Of a stretch of DNA of 64,000 bases, positions 24,045-37,206 are shown one piece after another; position 1 is the stretch's first letter, and each line of letters starts with the position of its first letter. A program made the position numbers and the translations under genes. The notes under the pieces were generated by a model. That model saw only the letters and a program-made list of their open reading frames with translations, was not told the origin of the DNA and did no database searches. The DNA comes from Pseudogymnoascus verrucosus (taxonomy: Eukaryota). The DNA lies in assembly GCA_001662655.1 (NCBI GenBank), contig KV460245.1, one strand, 5' to 3'.

Positions 24045-25349
24045 CTACTGCGTAGCCTTCCCCATCCCCGCCGCAACCCCATTAGCAACCTTCGGCCACA
24101 CCACCGCCTTCTCAAGCGCCTGCAACACATCCGCCCTCAAATCCTCCCCATCCTCCACCCCACAACTAATCCTGACCAAATCATCAAAAACCCCCACCGC
24201 CTCCCTCTGCTCCTGCGGAATGCCCGAATGCGTCATACTACTCGGCACCTCGACCAATGACTCAACTCCTCCCAGGGACTCAGCGAGGACAAACAGCGAA
24301 GTAGCTTGGCAGAATTTCTCAGCCGCCGAAGCACCGCCTTTGATGCGGAAACTCAGCATACCGCCACCCATACCGTTGCGGTGCTGGCGCAGGGCGATGG
24401 CGCGGTGGGGGTGCGATGCTAGGCCCGGGTAGTTTACGGCGATGACGTGGGGGGAGGAGGAGAGTGCTTCTGCGACGAGCTGGGCGTTCGTGGAGGCTTC
24501 GCGGGCGCGGAGGTGCAGGGTCTTGAGACCGCGGTGGGCGAGCCAGCAGTCGAATGCTGAGGGGATGGCACCGATTGCGTTTTGGAGGAATCCGAGTCTC
24601 TCCTTCATCTCATCGGAGTTAAACGCCGCTACGCCCATGACGACGTCAGAGTGTCCATTGATGTATTTGGTGACTGAGTGCACCACGATATCCGCGCCGT
24701 GATCAAGCGGGTTCTGCACGTAGGGAGAGAGGAAGGTGTTATCCACCACGACCATTATGCCGTGCTCGTGGGCTTTGGCGGTCACGGCGCGGATGTCGAC
24801 GAGGCGGAGTGTCGGGTTGGAGGGGGTTTCGATCCAGACTAGTTTGGTGTCGGGGGTGATGTGGGCGGCGATGTCGACGGCGATTTCGGGGGTGAATGTC
24901 ACGGAGACGCCGTGTGCTTGGGCGACTTGCGTGAAATACCTGTGGGTGCCTCCATACACATCTGATACCGAAATAACATGACTCCCCGCCGCCAAACTCT
25001 GGAGTATAACAGCCGTAGTAGCAGACCCCGACGAGAACGCCAACGCGTATTTCGCGTGCTCGAGCGCAGCAACCGCGGTCTCGAAGTTATGACGATTCGG
25101 GTTCGAGGAGCGGGAGTACTCGTATTCGCCGACTGGGACACCGACGGCGGTCTGCGCGAAGGTGGTGGAGAGAGAGATGGGCGCGATGACGGCGCCGGTG
25201 ACGGGGTCGTGGGGGGAGCCGGCGTGCACGGCGAGGGTGCCGAAGCGGTGCACGGGGGAGGAGGGGCGGGGGGGGGTGGCGATGGGGTGGTCGTGGTCGC
25301 ATTTGAGGGCAGCGAGGGCGTGGGGGGTTGGCTCGCAGGGGATGGTCAT
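24045..25349 (-). CDS. CYS3: Cystathionine gamma-lyase (PLP-dependent transsulfuration enzyme)
   Basis: FGTLAVHAG, PISLSTTF, YEYSRSSNPNR, WIETPSNPTL, VDNTF, PLP-lysine motif HSVTKYINGHSD and LAESLGGVESL. First ATG at 25349. Confidence 0.93.
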   Translation of the reverse strand: MTIPCEPTPHALAALKCDHDHPIATPPRPSSPVHRFGTLAVHAGSPHDPVTGAVIAPISLSTTFAQTAVGVPVGEYEYSRSSNPNRHNFETAVAALEHAKYALAFSSGSATTAVILQSLAAGSHVISVSDVYGGTHRYFTQVAQAHGVSVTFTPEIAVDIAAHITPDTKLVWIETPSNPTLRLVDIRAVTAKAHEHGIMVVVDNTFLSPYVQNPLDHGADIVVHSVTKYINGHSDVVMGVAAFNSDEMKERLGFLQNAIGAIPSAFDCWLAHRGLKTLHLRAREASTNAQLVAEALSSSPHVIAVNYPGLASHPHRAIALRQHRNGMGGGMLSFRIKGGASAAEKFCQATSLFVLAESLGGVESLVEVPSSMTHSGIPQEQREAVGVFDDLVRISCGVEDGEDLRADVLQALEKAVVWPKVANGVAAGMGKATQ

Positions 25350-27920
25350 GGTGAAGGTTGGGGGGTGTGTGATGAGGTGGTGAGGTGGTGAGGTTGTAGT
25401 TGTGAGGTTGTTGTGGTGGTGAGGGGTTTTTTTTTGGTGATGGTGGGGTGGAGTGTCGGTGATATAAACTCTCACTTTGGGTGGTGTGAGGTTGTCTGAG
25501 ATCGAGGATTGAGGATCAAGTCGTCGAGATCAACAGGAGGAGGAAGAGGTGTAGTTGTAGCGAGAAGAAAGAAAGGATCAAAGACTCCGAGGGAGGTTGA
25601 CACTGATATATAGGTGTCAAATGAAAAGTCGGTGGTGGTGGTGGTGGTGGTTGGTGGTTTGTATGGTCAAGTTACGTTTACAGCAGGTAGGTAAGGGAAG
25701 GTACTTAGCTAGTAGTGTGAGATTGTACATGGGTGGAAGTACCTCAGGCGGGGTGCATGGGATGGATAAGTGGATAGTGGATGATGGAGGGGTTGAATGT
25801 TTGAATTTTTGATTACAAAGCGGGTTGGGTGTTTTTGCCCGTTTTTGTAGAGTAGAGTACAACTTACTCGTATAAAATTGAGGAGTGTGAGTGTGTGACT
25901 TTAGGGATTTCACGGGTGGAGTAGGAATAAGTTGCTTATAGAGAAGAGAGTAGAAATATAGTTAGATAGTAGAGTATATTAGATTATAGTAGAGTTAGAG
26001 TAAATATACTGTATATACGAACATAACCCGGAATACACGGAGACGCCGTAGAGACCGTGAGACCATAAACACCACAGATCCACAGTATCACAAGATGCCA
26101 TAATCACCGAGACCATCATCAGAAGCCATGATACCTTCCCACCACCGCCCGTACCTGACAGAAAGTGGCACACAAAGGACAGATCTGACAGATCTCGTCG
26201 GGAAGATCTAGGCTGGAATGGCATCCAGTCAGCGTCGAAGCAAGGGCATGCAACCGATCAGTTGGATCAGGTCGAAGGCGCCATCGCGATGTCGCCATCG
26301 CCCGTTCGCCATAGGGTGTGAGATATATTGGTGAAAAGGCTAGTATACGGTGGTGTTGTTGAGTAATATAACATATCACTTGTTGGCTTTGTCATATAAC
26401 AACATGCTAGACTTAAACACACTGTACAACACCATGTTCTAGACACCTAGACACTGTCTGAGATGACGTCGTTGACTGGGAATTGGGGATTTATTGGAGA
26501 AATCGAGGCTACCTAGGGCGTGATTGTTAGTAAGCGTGCACGTTAAATCTACCAGGGCGGGGATTGGGGAATTGACGGTTATGAGAACAAAACAACGGGT
26601 ATGGCCAATAGCATCGGATAGCTGCGGGACACGGGAGGGGTAGCAAAAAAAAGAGAAGGAGGGAGAGTCCCATGAGACATCAAAGAGAGAAAGTCGACGC
26701 GGAAGAGAAGGACGATAAAAGAAGGCTACTTATGTAATGTACCCATTTGTTAGGTAGGGTTGTATCTCTACACTGTGTTTTATACTAGAGGGTACTTTGA
26801 ATATCGATAGGATCTGGGAGAAGTAACTTGCAGCTTTCACTGAAGTATGTTTATACCATGCGAGGAATATACTGCTAATGCACTCGCTATGTAATTCTGT
26901 ACATGTGAGAGACTATACCCGTTGATAATGCACTATTAGCAATCTACGCCCTTCTGACGGAGGAGATCTCTCTCTGGCGTACCCACAAATATAAGGCATC
27001 AAGAGGGGTACTCTTGCAACCCACATATCTCAGGCATCAAACCGAGGTCTGCTGCTCCATACACGCCCTTCGTATGATAAGAGATCTGAAGGCGTGCTTA
27101 CATAATCGATAAAACCATGTTCCTACATCCACACCCCCGCGCGTACCCAACATAACCAATAGTCTTATATAAGCATCCACGCCTGAAAATCCAGGCTCAG
27201 CTTCCCACGTCCCTCCCATTCCAGCTCCCATCAAGCTCCAAGATCATCGCTTACCCCCCGTTCCCCCCTTATATCTCAGGCACCAACCCATCGAATCCGA
27301 GTACGAAAAAGTCTCTCTAGGCTCTAACTCTAACCCCACCAACACAACCCACCACAGTCATACGCGTAGTACCTTCCCCACAAGTCCCTCCCTTCCCTCC
27401 TCCCACCCAAAACACCCCCATTAACCACCAAACCACACCGATAAGTTACTTCACCCAAAAGTACCAACCCGCCACTACTGCACCCTCCTCCCGGCTCCCG
27501 CTCTCTCCGGTCCCTCCAGACCATCTTCACGCCGACTGCGATTCGCCAACCACCGCCGCGTCTCTGGTCTTTGCACAGCCCTACTACGACAGCGTACCTG
27601 CTTTGGCCTATCTCGCCGAGACTACTTCCGCGCGGCAGTTGCTTCTTCTTCGTCTCCTCCTCTCTCTCTTTCTCGGTCCTTTCTCTCTGTTACCATTTCT
27701 CAGATATAATTTCAAAGGCAGCCTTATGCACATGCGAAAAGGGACGATGCAGAGCTGTAGGACGCCCCGACGAGATCAGAGCCGCGAACATCCTTAGGAG
27801 GCTTGGAGAGCTAGCTGCTGGGAGATAGCAAGCTATAGAACAGAGAGGAGGAAAGAAAGAGCAAGAGCTCGGATTGGTGAAGAAGGGAAGGGGATACAAC
27901 CACAAGCAACAGGAGCAGAT

Positions 27921-29523
27921 ATGCCGCCGAGGCGCTCGCATAAGAAGTCAAGGGCGGGTTGCCAGAGATGCAAGTTAAGAAAAGTTAAGGTATGTTTGCT
28001 CTCTCTAGCTTTCTCCAATTCTCCAATTATCAATTCCTCTCCAATCATGGACAATCCATTCCCAATGCCCCCAATCCCCCCAATCCCCAATCCATCCCCC
28101 CCTCCCTCTCCCCCAATCCGACCCCAATCCCCCGCCCCCAGTTACTCCCCAACCTTTACCTCTTCATGACTCAACTGACACCCCCCCCCAGTGCGACGAA
28201 GCCCACCCCATCTGCGGGAACTGCACCAAACACGGCGTCCCCTGCGACTTTGACGACCCCTCCGCCCTCTCCCCCCCCAACTCGCTCGTCCGCTACACCA
28301 CCCCTTCATCCTCCAGCAATTCCTCATCCACGCCCAAACCCTCACCCTCATCTTCCACATCCCACCAATTCCCCCCCTCTCCCAACCTCCCGTTCCACCT
28401 CGATCCGCCATTACCATCCACGACGCTGTCTCCTTACTCCCCCACCTCGCGCGCCACGGAGCTGAGATTGCTGCATACATACACCACCCTCACGGCCCCG
28501 ACGCTGGCGTGGGGTGATACACCCCCCGCAGCGCTAGCATGGCAGCTCGCAGTCCCGAATCTAGCATTCAACACACCCTGCCTAATGGACGCACTCCTCG
28601 CGATCGCCGCCCTACACCTACGGGCACTCACACCCTCTGACCCCTCCCTACCGCGGTTATTCCACGCATACATGGCCTCCGCGCTATCCAGCTACACAGC
28701 GACACTCCACTCCGGCGTAACAGCCGAAAACGGTCCCGCCCTCTTCGCAACAGCTGCGTTGATAGCTTTCCAAGCCTCTGCGTCGCGGCGGTTTCTCAAC
28801 GAGCCCGGGAGCGAGGCAGAACCGTATTCCCTACCCACACAATGGTTCCACGCCTTCCAAGGTGTGAAAACCGTCGTTATCGCCGCGTGGCCTTTCCTCC
28901 GCTCCTCGGATATCCGGCCGATTATCTCTGCGCAACCCGCTCTCGCACTAGATCTCCACCCCAGCCGACCCGCGTTTTTCGACGACCTACTAGTAGGACT
29001 CGATGAACAACTCGAAGCCCTACCAGAGGGAGAAAGAGACGAAACCCGCCGCGCCTACGAGCACTCTGTCGCCTATCTGAACTGGGCCCACGCCCGCCCC
29101 GAAAAAGCCCGCATCGTCGGCTTCCCCGCCACCGTCTCGCGCCGGTTCATCGAGCTAGTCGACCGCGCCGACTCCCGCGCCCTCGCCGTCATCGCTAGTT
29201 TCTTCGCCATGACCCGCGCCGTAGACGGCGCATGGTGGCTCTCCGGGGTAGCTCTTAAAGAAGTCCGCGGGATCCTTGGGTTATTGGATGAGGAGTGGAG
29301 GGAGAGGGTGGGGTGGGCGGTTAGGGTGGCGGAGTGGGAGGGGGAGGTGGGGGAGGATGTTTGGGGGGGGAGGTGGGGGGAGGGGGAAGGGGTTGATGGG
29401 GGGAGTGGTGGGTGGGGAGATGTTAGTGAACATATTGAGTTTGTGTTGACGAGGGGGGGGGGGATGGTGGAGGGGGAGGCGTATGGGGGGGTTGCGGAGG
29501 AGTATGGGATGGCGCTTGATTGA
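27921..29523 (+). CDS. Zn(II)2Cys6 transcription factor (Upc2/Ecm22-like architecture)
   Basis: MPPRRSHKKSRAGCQRCKLRKVK, intron 27990-28191, then CDEAHPICGNCTKHGVPCDF and ELRLLHTY...WQLAVPNLAF...WFHAFQGVK. Confidence 0.87.
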
Positions 29524-30258
29524 TTGGGTGATGGGTTGGCAGATATTTTGGGGGGGGGTTATATTCATTGCAGAGGAGTTTTTGGGAGTGTGGGAGGGGA
29601 ACAATACAGCTGCTAGGATTTCTTGGAGATGGGCATGGAGAGGGGGTCAATATCCACGTATACGTAAATAATACACACAAAGAGGATGTATCAGATACCG
29701 ATCGATACACGTCACGCAAAAAATCAGTATAAATATTCTACAATCATCTTTTAATTGTTCAACTATAATTTACAGCTACCGCCGCTATCAGCGCTTATAC
29801 GCCATAAACCCCCCAGTCGGCCACCATGCGCCGCCGTTTTCCTACCAGACACCATCCACCCGCCGTTATGCCGCCCAACACCGAAATCCCCCAGACAATA
29901 CACCACCAAAGCCGACAAACGCGGATGACCCCGCGCCGTAGCTCAGCAGTTGGGACTCCCCAACAGATACCATGACCCAAAAAGAAAACAAGGGTGATTA
30001 AAAAAAAGCAATATCGCAATGCCAGAAAACCATGTTTAGATCCCCATGATATAGCCGTAAACAGAAATACTCCCACAAGAAGGAGAAACATTCGACGAAG
30101 AGGAAAGACGCGCTCGTCGCTCATGCGTGAAAGCGCGTCTGTGAGTGTGCGCGCTTGCTTGCTTGTGCCGCCAGACGAAAAGGAAACCCCAAATACCCGC
30201 TCCCAAGCGGCCCCCCACCAATACCCGTCCCCCCCGCGCCCCGACCAGCAAAGAGCCA

Positions 30259-32322
30259 CTAGCCCTCCATCGGCTCATCCAGCATCCCCTTCTCATGCAA
30301 GTATTTAATACTCTTCAACACCATCAACTCGTCCTTCTCGCGATCATTCTGCGTCAAGCGTTGCGCTAACGTCATAACCCCGCCATTCATCTCCTTCTCC
30401 CTGATCGCGGCGTCGCGCACGGCCTGGTCGTGCACGAAGCGGCACTTGCCTTTCTTCCCGCACGTGCCGCCCGTGGAGAAGTACTTGCAGTGGCGCTGCA
30501 GGATTGGTTTCTTGGGCGCGGGAACGACGATGGGGGCTGTGCGTTTTGAGGTGGTGGTGTCGGGGCCGGAATCGCTGTCGCTGGCAGAGGTGTACTCGGA
30601 GTCTGAGTCGGAGGAGGAGGAGGATGCGGCGCCGGTGGCAGAGGCGATCAGGGCGTCGATGTCGTTATCGTTCTCGGATTTGACGCGCGCGGTGCCGTCA
30701 TCCTGGTCCTCGTCGCCTGAGTCGCCGGCATCGCGCTTGCGCTTAGAGCCGGCTTTGAGGGCGTCCTTGACTTTTTGCTCGGCGCGCTGGAGCTGGCGGC
30801 GGAGTTTATCGGCTTTGCGCTGCTGTTTCTCGATCTTGGTCTCGGGTTTGACGGAGGCGGCGGCGTCTAGGACGTCCTTGTCGTGCTTGGCTTTCGCTTT
30901 GTCGCGGGCCGATTGCTCGGCTGCGGCTGCGCGGCGGGAGGCGAGTTCCGCGGCCTTCTCGTCGCGGCGGGCTTTGGTGGGCCATTTTTTGCGGCGCTCT
31001 TCGAGCCAGGCGGCGAGGTCGGAGGGTTCCCTAGGGGGGGGTTGTTAGGGGTTAAATAGTAAATAATTGTGGAGAAAAACTTACTCAGGCAAGGCTGAAC
31101 CGAGAGCTGCGGCTGCAAGCTTGGCTTCTTCATCAGCATCATCTTCGTCTTCGCTCTCCTGGTAATCTTCGGTTCCAGGGGTAAGGCCAAGGGTATTGGT
31201 CTTGCGCTTCTTCTTCTTCTTGCGCTTCTCGCCAGACTTGGCACCGGCATCTGCCGCAGGCTTCTGAGGCTGATCGGTGACAGCACCTTGGCTGGAGGAT
31301 TTATTGTGACCGGCACCTGGGTGCTTCTGGCCACGGTGACGAACTCGGTCATTGAACTGTTCACGCTTGTTTCCGCGGTTCTGCATGCCGCCCCTGCCAC
31401 GGTTGGGGCCGTTGGACTGGAACGGGTTGGACTCAAGAGACTGCCTCCCGCCTCTGGGGGGGAAGGCATTCTGGGAAGGGTAGGGCTGGTACTGGTTCTG
31501 AGGTGGGTACGCTGGTGCAGAAAACGGAACTGGAGAACCATGCTGAGGACCACCATATGGAGGCGGCGAGAATCCAGGGCTCGCTTGAGCCATTGGACCC
31601 GCAGATCGGTCGCTGTCAAATCCCATACGAATCGGGGGCCCCATCAGTGGGGCTTCAAAACCACCGCGGCCTGAGCCGCCACCGCCACGGCCTCCACGGC
31701 CGCCGCGGTTGGCATTATTGAAAGGGGGTTGAGATTGATGTCCTGGGCCTGCTTGCCACTGCTGTTGTGGCTGCGGGGGCATGGGTGCAGGTGGACCGTA
31801 TGGTCCCTGCTGGTACGGCGCTGGCTGCTGAGGGCCATACTGGGGCTGCTGCTGTGGTCCATTTGGCTGGTAAACTTGAGGAGCATAATTTGGATGATAG
31901 TTCTGAACAGACAATGGAGCGGGATGGGGGGGTTGCTGGTGCTGAACTTGATGATGCTGCTGCTGAAGCTGAGGCTCATTTCCGCGCCACTGTTGCGGTG
32001 GAGGATAGCCATTGGCAGGGGCTGGTGGTCCAGCGTACTGGCCACCTTGTTGCCCATAGCCACCAACTGGGGCAGGTGGTCCATTGTAACCTCCTGCATG
32101 TGGAGGGTATTGAGAGTTTTGAAATTCACCGTGGCCGCCTTGGCCACCTTGGTTGAAGCCACCTCGGCCGCGACCGCGTGCGCCACCACCACGGGCTGGC
32201 TGCTGCTGCCCGTAAGGAGGCTGCTGGTACTGTTGATAGCCAGCCGGAGGGCCACCTTGGGCATTCGTAGATGGAGGTGGCGGAGGTGGCGGAGGAGGGT
32301 AGCTGTACTGGTTTGAAGCCAT
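30259..32322 (-). CDS. RSA1: NUFIP1/Rsa1-domain protein (box C/D snoRNP assembly factor-like) with Q/P/G-rich N-terminus and C-terminal CCCH finger
   Basis: KKKKRKTNTLGLTP; after intron 31031-31084, DLAAWLEERRKKWPT (NUFIP1 motif); CKYFSTGGTCGKKGKCRFVHD; TLAQRL...IKYL. The start could instead be the in-frame ATG at 32655. Confidence 0.75.
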
Positions 32323-32939
32323 CTCGAGGTTCGATCTTTGTTCTTCGAGTTGTTTTCTTTTGATGGCAAAGTTCGCTCCACGAGCACGATCTCGATTGGC
32401 TCTGCTGGGCTTGCGCGAGACGTGGCGCTCAGACTTGATAGGACGTGAAGAATGAAAGGACTGCTGTGAATGAGAAGTATTGAAGACAGATGGAAACGAC
32501 AACGAAACAGGAGAGGTCGCACGAATGCTCAAACGTTCAAATCCTATGTTACACTGAGTCGCGCTTGACGTGGTGGATGGTGAAGGCGGCGGATCATATA
32601 TTTCCCGAACACTGCGTTCACTTACCGCCTCGCTTCGTTGCCCTAAGTTGGACATTTTGCTGTGAGACTGGTGAAGGTGCTTGGAGGTGAGATATATCGA
32701 GGCCGGAATGGTAGAACAAGCTCTCTGTTGGACATTTGAAGTAATTACAAAGTTTGGATGAGTAGGAAGAGGGGGAAGAAGGAAAAGAGAAATAAACAAA
32801 TATATATCTCTATTTTAGGTGTTGACGTTGCGCGGGGCCAACGCTTGACGCCGGCGTCACGTGGAAAATATCTCACTCGAAAAGTTGACGCAGTCACTTA
32901 TTCGACTGGTCAACCCAATCTTCTACGAAATATCTAAAG

Positions 32940-33668
32940 ATGTTCATACTCGTAAGTAGGCAAATCTAGATTTTATAATACAATACTAAGCGGGCACAGA
33001 CAAAGATATCGGATCTGGTGCAGATCACACCAGAAGATTTCTCAAAGCCCAGCAAGCAGGCCATTGAGGATAACATCAACGCCAAATATGCCAACAAAGT
33101 GAGATGCGATCAACATTCTCCCTTCTGTCTTTCAGTTGTACTAATTCCACACCAGGTTATCCAAAAGATAGGCCTCTGTATCTGTCTCTATGACCTCCTC
33201 TCCTCCTCAGAAGGCCTCATCGGTCACGGCACCGGCCTCGTAAACGTCAACGTCGAGTTCCGCCTCGTCGTGTTCCGTCCCTTCCGCCACGAAGTCCTCC
33301 ACGGCCGCATCACCTCCGCCTCCCCCGAAGGAATCCACCTGCGCACCACCTTCTTCTCTGACATTTTCGTCCCCGCCACCTCTCTCCCAGCCGGGACATT
33401 CTTTGACCACTCCCAAGGCGTCTTCATCTACCGGCACCCGCACATCCCGGATCTGATGCATTTCGATACGTATGAGATGGCGCGGTTCCGGATTGAGGAG
33501 GAGGAGTGGATTGATCAGACGCCAGAGAAGCCGGAGTCGGATACGGCGATGGATGAGGAGGAGAGGAGGGCGAGGAGGTTGAGTCCGTGGAGGATTATAG
33601 CGAGTATGGCGGATGATGGGCTTGGACCGTGCTTTTGGTGGGATGAAGATGAGGAGCCGGAAGAGTAG
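32940..33668 (+). CDS. RPC25: RNA polymerase III subunit Rpc25 (RPC8)
   Basis: MFIL/TKISDLVQITPEDF...INAKYANK/VIQKIGLCICLYDL, GTGLVNVNVEFRLVVFRPF and final GLGPCFWW. Introns 32952-32999 and 33099-33155. Confidence 0.93.
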
Positions 33669-34166
33669 GAGGGTGGATGTGGTGTGGAAGGGGTTGGGAG
33701 GTTGTTACTATATAGATTTGGTCTGTACAGCATTGCGGTGGCGTTATTGGAATGGGATTGGATTATCAGAACTCAGTTTGTTACGTGCAGAATCTGCATC
33801 TTTGATGGGTGTCGTATGTCCAGTTATATCAGTGTCTATTCTCTGATACACTTTCTGTTGACTACCGTTGCGTCAGGCGTGTACCGTAGACGCATTCGGC
33901 ATTGTAGATCTCCAACAAAGCATTACCATGCACGAGTCCTCCACATGCCACATTATGCTTTTGGCATCCACATGTGCCAGCTTCAGAGTACAAAGACCGC
34001 CATTGTTGTGGAAGATCTGAGGTTTAGCCGGTCACTCCATCAATTTTGGGCCTTTGTAAGTTTCCAGCAAAGCTATCGTATATTATTATGTAGCTGCCGC
34101 TGCTGGGTTATTCACGCTAACCGAGATCTACTCTGACTCCAGACAATGCTTCTTCACTCACGAATC

Positions 34167-35277
34167 TCAAGCCTTGGTCTCTTCCTTCGTTCTCACCATA
34201 ACAACCTCCCTCCTCACCCCTTCCTCCTCCTCCCTAATCCTCTCCACCAAGCCCCCCAACCCCTCCACCCTAACAACGAAATCCTCCATCGACCCCCCAA
34301 CCCCAAAATACACCTTCTTCGCGCCCACCATCGCTCCACCCCCCTTCTCCGTCCCTAAAATCCTCATCAGCACCTCCGCAAAACTCTCTAGCGCAGCAGG
34401 CGAGTATATCGTCTCTGCAGCAAGGACTAACAGCTCCGCGCTGGTGTCGCGGGGCGCAGCTTCGACGAGAGTTGCGAATTCCGTGCCCCATGCGCCGGAG
34501 AAGAAGGAGAACGTCACACCTTGCGCGGTGAGGTCGGATGTGAATTCGCTGATGAGGTCTTCGTCGATGTCGAGCTCGCCTTCTTCTTCGAAGGGCTCGG
34601 CGTCGTCGGGGGTGGGGCGTAATGCCGCCCATGTGAGGAGGATATTCGGGACAGTCACCAGTCGCAGGACGCTGGGGTTGTAGTCCGCGAAGCCGAGTTC
34701 CAGTTTCCCCTTCTCTCCATCTTTCTCAAGGTGTCGTTGCAAGATCGCCAGACTAGGTAATGCCGTACCGCACCCAAGCTGTCTGATATCAGCACCACTC
34801 TCTGTCCCCTCATCCACGTGACAAACATACCTCTAAAAACCTCCTCCGGTCGTTCAACCCCTCCCCAGCCAACTCGCGCACCAAATCCACACTACTCTCC
34901 CAACTCTTAAACCCCCCCTCATAAATACCTGTCTTCACATCCGCACTCCCAAGCCCGACCTCCTCATCCTCAGCCATCAGCTGGACCCGCACATCCCATA
35001 GCTCGCGCCGCGGGAGGGCGATAGTAGGTGCGCCATCGACGGTGATGGGAAGGGTACTGTATGCAATTTTACTAGGCAGCCCGGTGAGAAGCGAAGACAG
35101 AGAGTGGGTGGTGGCAGGGAGGAGGGGTTGGTTGGCGACGGGGAAGGCGGAGGAAGCGCGGCGGGGGGTGAGGGTGCCGGTTTCTGCGGGTGGTGGGGAG
35201 GAGAGGGAGAGGTTGGAGAGGTCGTCGGCTGTTTCTTCTATGTCGTCGCCGCCAAAAGAGAAGGCGAAGGAGGACAT
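34167..35277 (-). CDS. HPM1: Histidine protein methyltransferase 1 (METTL18 family)
   Basis: LPRRELWDVRVQLMAED, DVKTGIYEGGFKSWESSVDL, LE/LGCGTALPS, ADYNPSVL, LAAETIYS and AKKVYFGVGG. Intron 34779-34830. Confidence 0.9.
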
Positions 35278-35851
35278 TGTGCTGGTTATGTGGGTTGTGG
35301 AGGGACTGTTTGATGTGAGAAAAGTAATTAATCTGATCCCCGCTTGAGATAAAGAAAGGCCTTATCCTTATCGGCAATCTCGCTGTCAGGTACGCCCACT
35401 GTGGCTGTCAGGCGAGGCTTGGTATGTAATGTACAAGCTAGCGAGCGACAGAACCGAGAAAAATACAATAAATAAAAAAACAAAAATGGCAAAAAGTATA
35501 AGTCACCACATCCGATGCGCTTCTCACCACTCACCCATTACTGGTGCAATCCCACTCGCCACGCCACGGTGAAAGATCCTCTGCAGAGTGAAACCTCCCT
35601 CAAGATTGTCTTTCATTGCTTAGGACCCCACAAGCAATCGTGCGTTACCGACACGAGTTGGGGGCCACCGCAGCGTTCGAACCGGACACCATGTGATAGG
35701 ATAGAATAGAGTGGTAGGATAGTGCAAATGCAGTTCCTTACCAGATGACCATCACAGCCGAGAATTTAACGGTTAGTGATGATTATATACCCCCCTCAAC
35801 ACGGAAGGAACCACCAACGACATTATAATGTTGTGTTTATAATCTACAAAT

Positions 35852-36705
35852 TCACTCGCCTTTAAGCTTGAGCGGGTTGCCCCAGAAGTCACACGGATTA
35901 AAGCGCCAGAGGCGCGCATACCTCCACGAGAAGATGTAGTGCGCGAGGTAGGGCAGGATCCAGGGGAAGGCATGGGTGTGCTCTTTGCGCCCGTCTATGT
36001 CGTATGTCTTATCCTCACACCGCAGCACCAGCGGCATAATCCTATTAAGTTAACCACCGTTATCATCAAACCTTACTAACCCTCCAAACAAACCACACAC
36101 CGCGGAGGCAAGGGAACTCACAACCACATATCCCCCTTCGCCAGCGCGATCTTCTCCTGCTCGCGGTACACCTCTAACAGCGCCCCCGAACCCAACTCCC
36201 TCAGTCGGTAGAACGTCTCCGGCTCGCCGCTTAGGTGCCTCTCTAGCGGCGGCGCGAACGCGCGCATCCTCGCTCGGAACTCCTCCCCGCTGAAGCCGTC
36301 CCCCGTCGTCGCCTCGCAGTATGCTTGGAAGGCTGTGAGGCCGTCTTCGAACTCGTGGTGCTCCACGATGTTCGAGGCGAGTATCCCGGGCTGCCCGGCG
36401 AGGGCATCAAGCGCGGGGAAGTAGCTGTTCTCTTCCCAGTCGTGGTGGGCGGCGATCATGGAGCAGATGGTGAGGGAGTAGCGGAGCAGATCGGCTGCGT
36501 CGCGGGAGGGTGGGGTGGTGAAGGAGTGGCGGTAGGCGGAGTTGAGGGCGCGGAGGACGCAGTTGTCGAACTCACCCATTATGGAGGCCATGAACGCGCA
36601 TTGGTGGGTGGAGGAGGATGGGTAGGAAGCGCGGCCGGTCGAGGTGAGAAGCGTGAAGGGGGGGTCATCATTGACCGCTTTTGGTGGGGGTTGGGACGGG
36701 GCCAT
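35852..36705 (-). CDS. Hemerythrin/HHE cation-binding domain protein
   Basis: LRALNSAY, AAHHDWEENSYFPAL, NIVEHHEF and LERHLSGE metal-binding motifs. An intron at about 36042-36121 joins to IMPLVLRCEDKTY...WRFNPCDFWG. Confidence 0.8.
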
Positions 36706-37206
36706 ATTGATATGAGGATGGGTAGGTCTCGTCGCGGGTGCATGGGTTGGGCTTATTTATATAGCAGTCCGTGGAGGGAGCGTCAGTTTTGGATTGGGCT
36801 TATGTGATATGGACTAAGCGTGAATGGTTGCATTTAGAACGAGACACTGAAGCATGACGAAGGAACCTTACTAAACATTTCTACTACGGAAATACCAGGG
36901 AAACTGCTACTACTGGGTTCAAGAAACTCCTCAGAGGATCAGGGAATGAGCTCCACTACAAAACGAACCGATGAACTTTGAAGGATACAAGCTTCTTTAC
37001 CCATCAGCCTCACTAAGCCGGCCAATAGTAAAATTGATATTTTATATCCAATCAATTTACCAGGGTTAGCCATAATGTCATAGTTAAGATGTGGGAAGTT
37101 TGCGGTTGCATTGATGAACTACGAGTTAACTACCAACCTACAACCGAACCGATGTTCTAGGGTGTTCGGGGCTGCATAAGCAGCAACCAGCGCAGCCAAA
37201 CACAGT

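Noticed and set aside
25350..25475. His/Thr-rich in-frame extension upstream of cystathionine gamma-lyase starting at GTG
   Set aside because: Low-complexity C/A-rich leader that lacks stops by composition; no evidence for non-AUG initiation.
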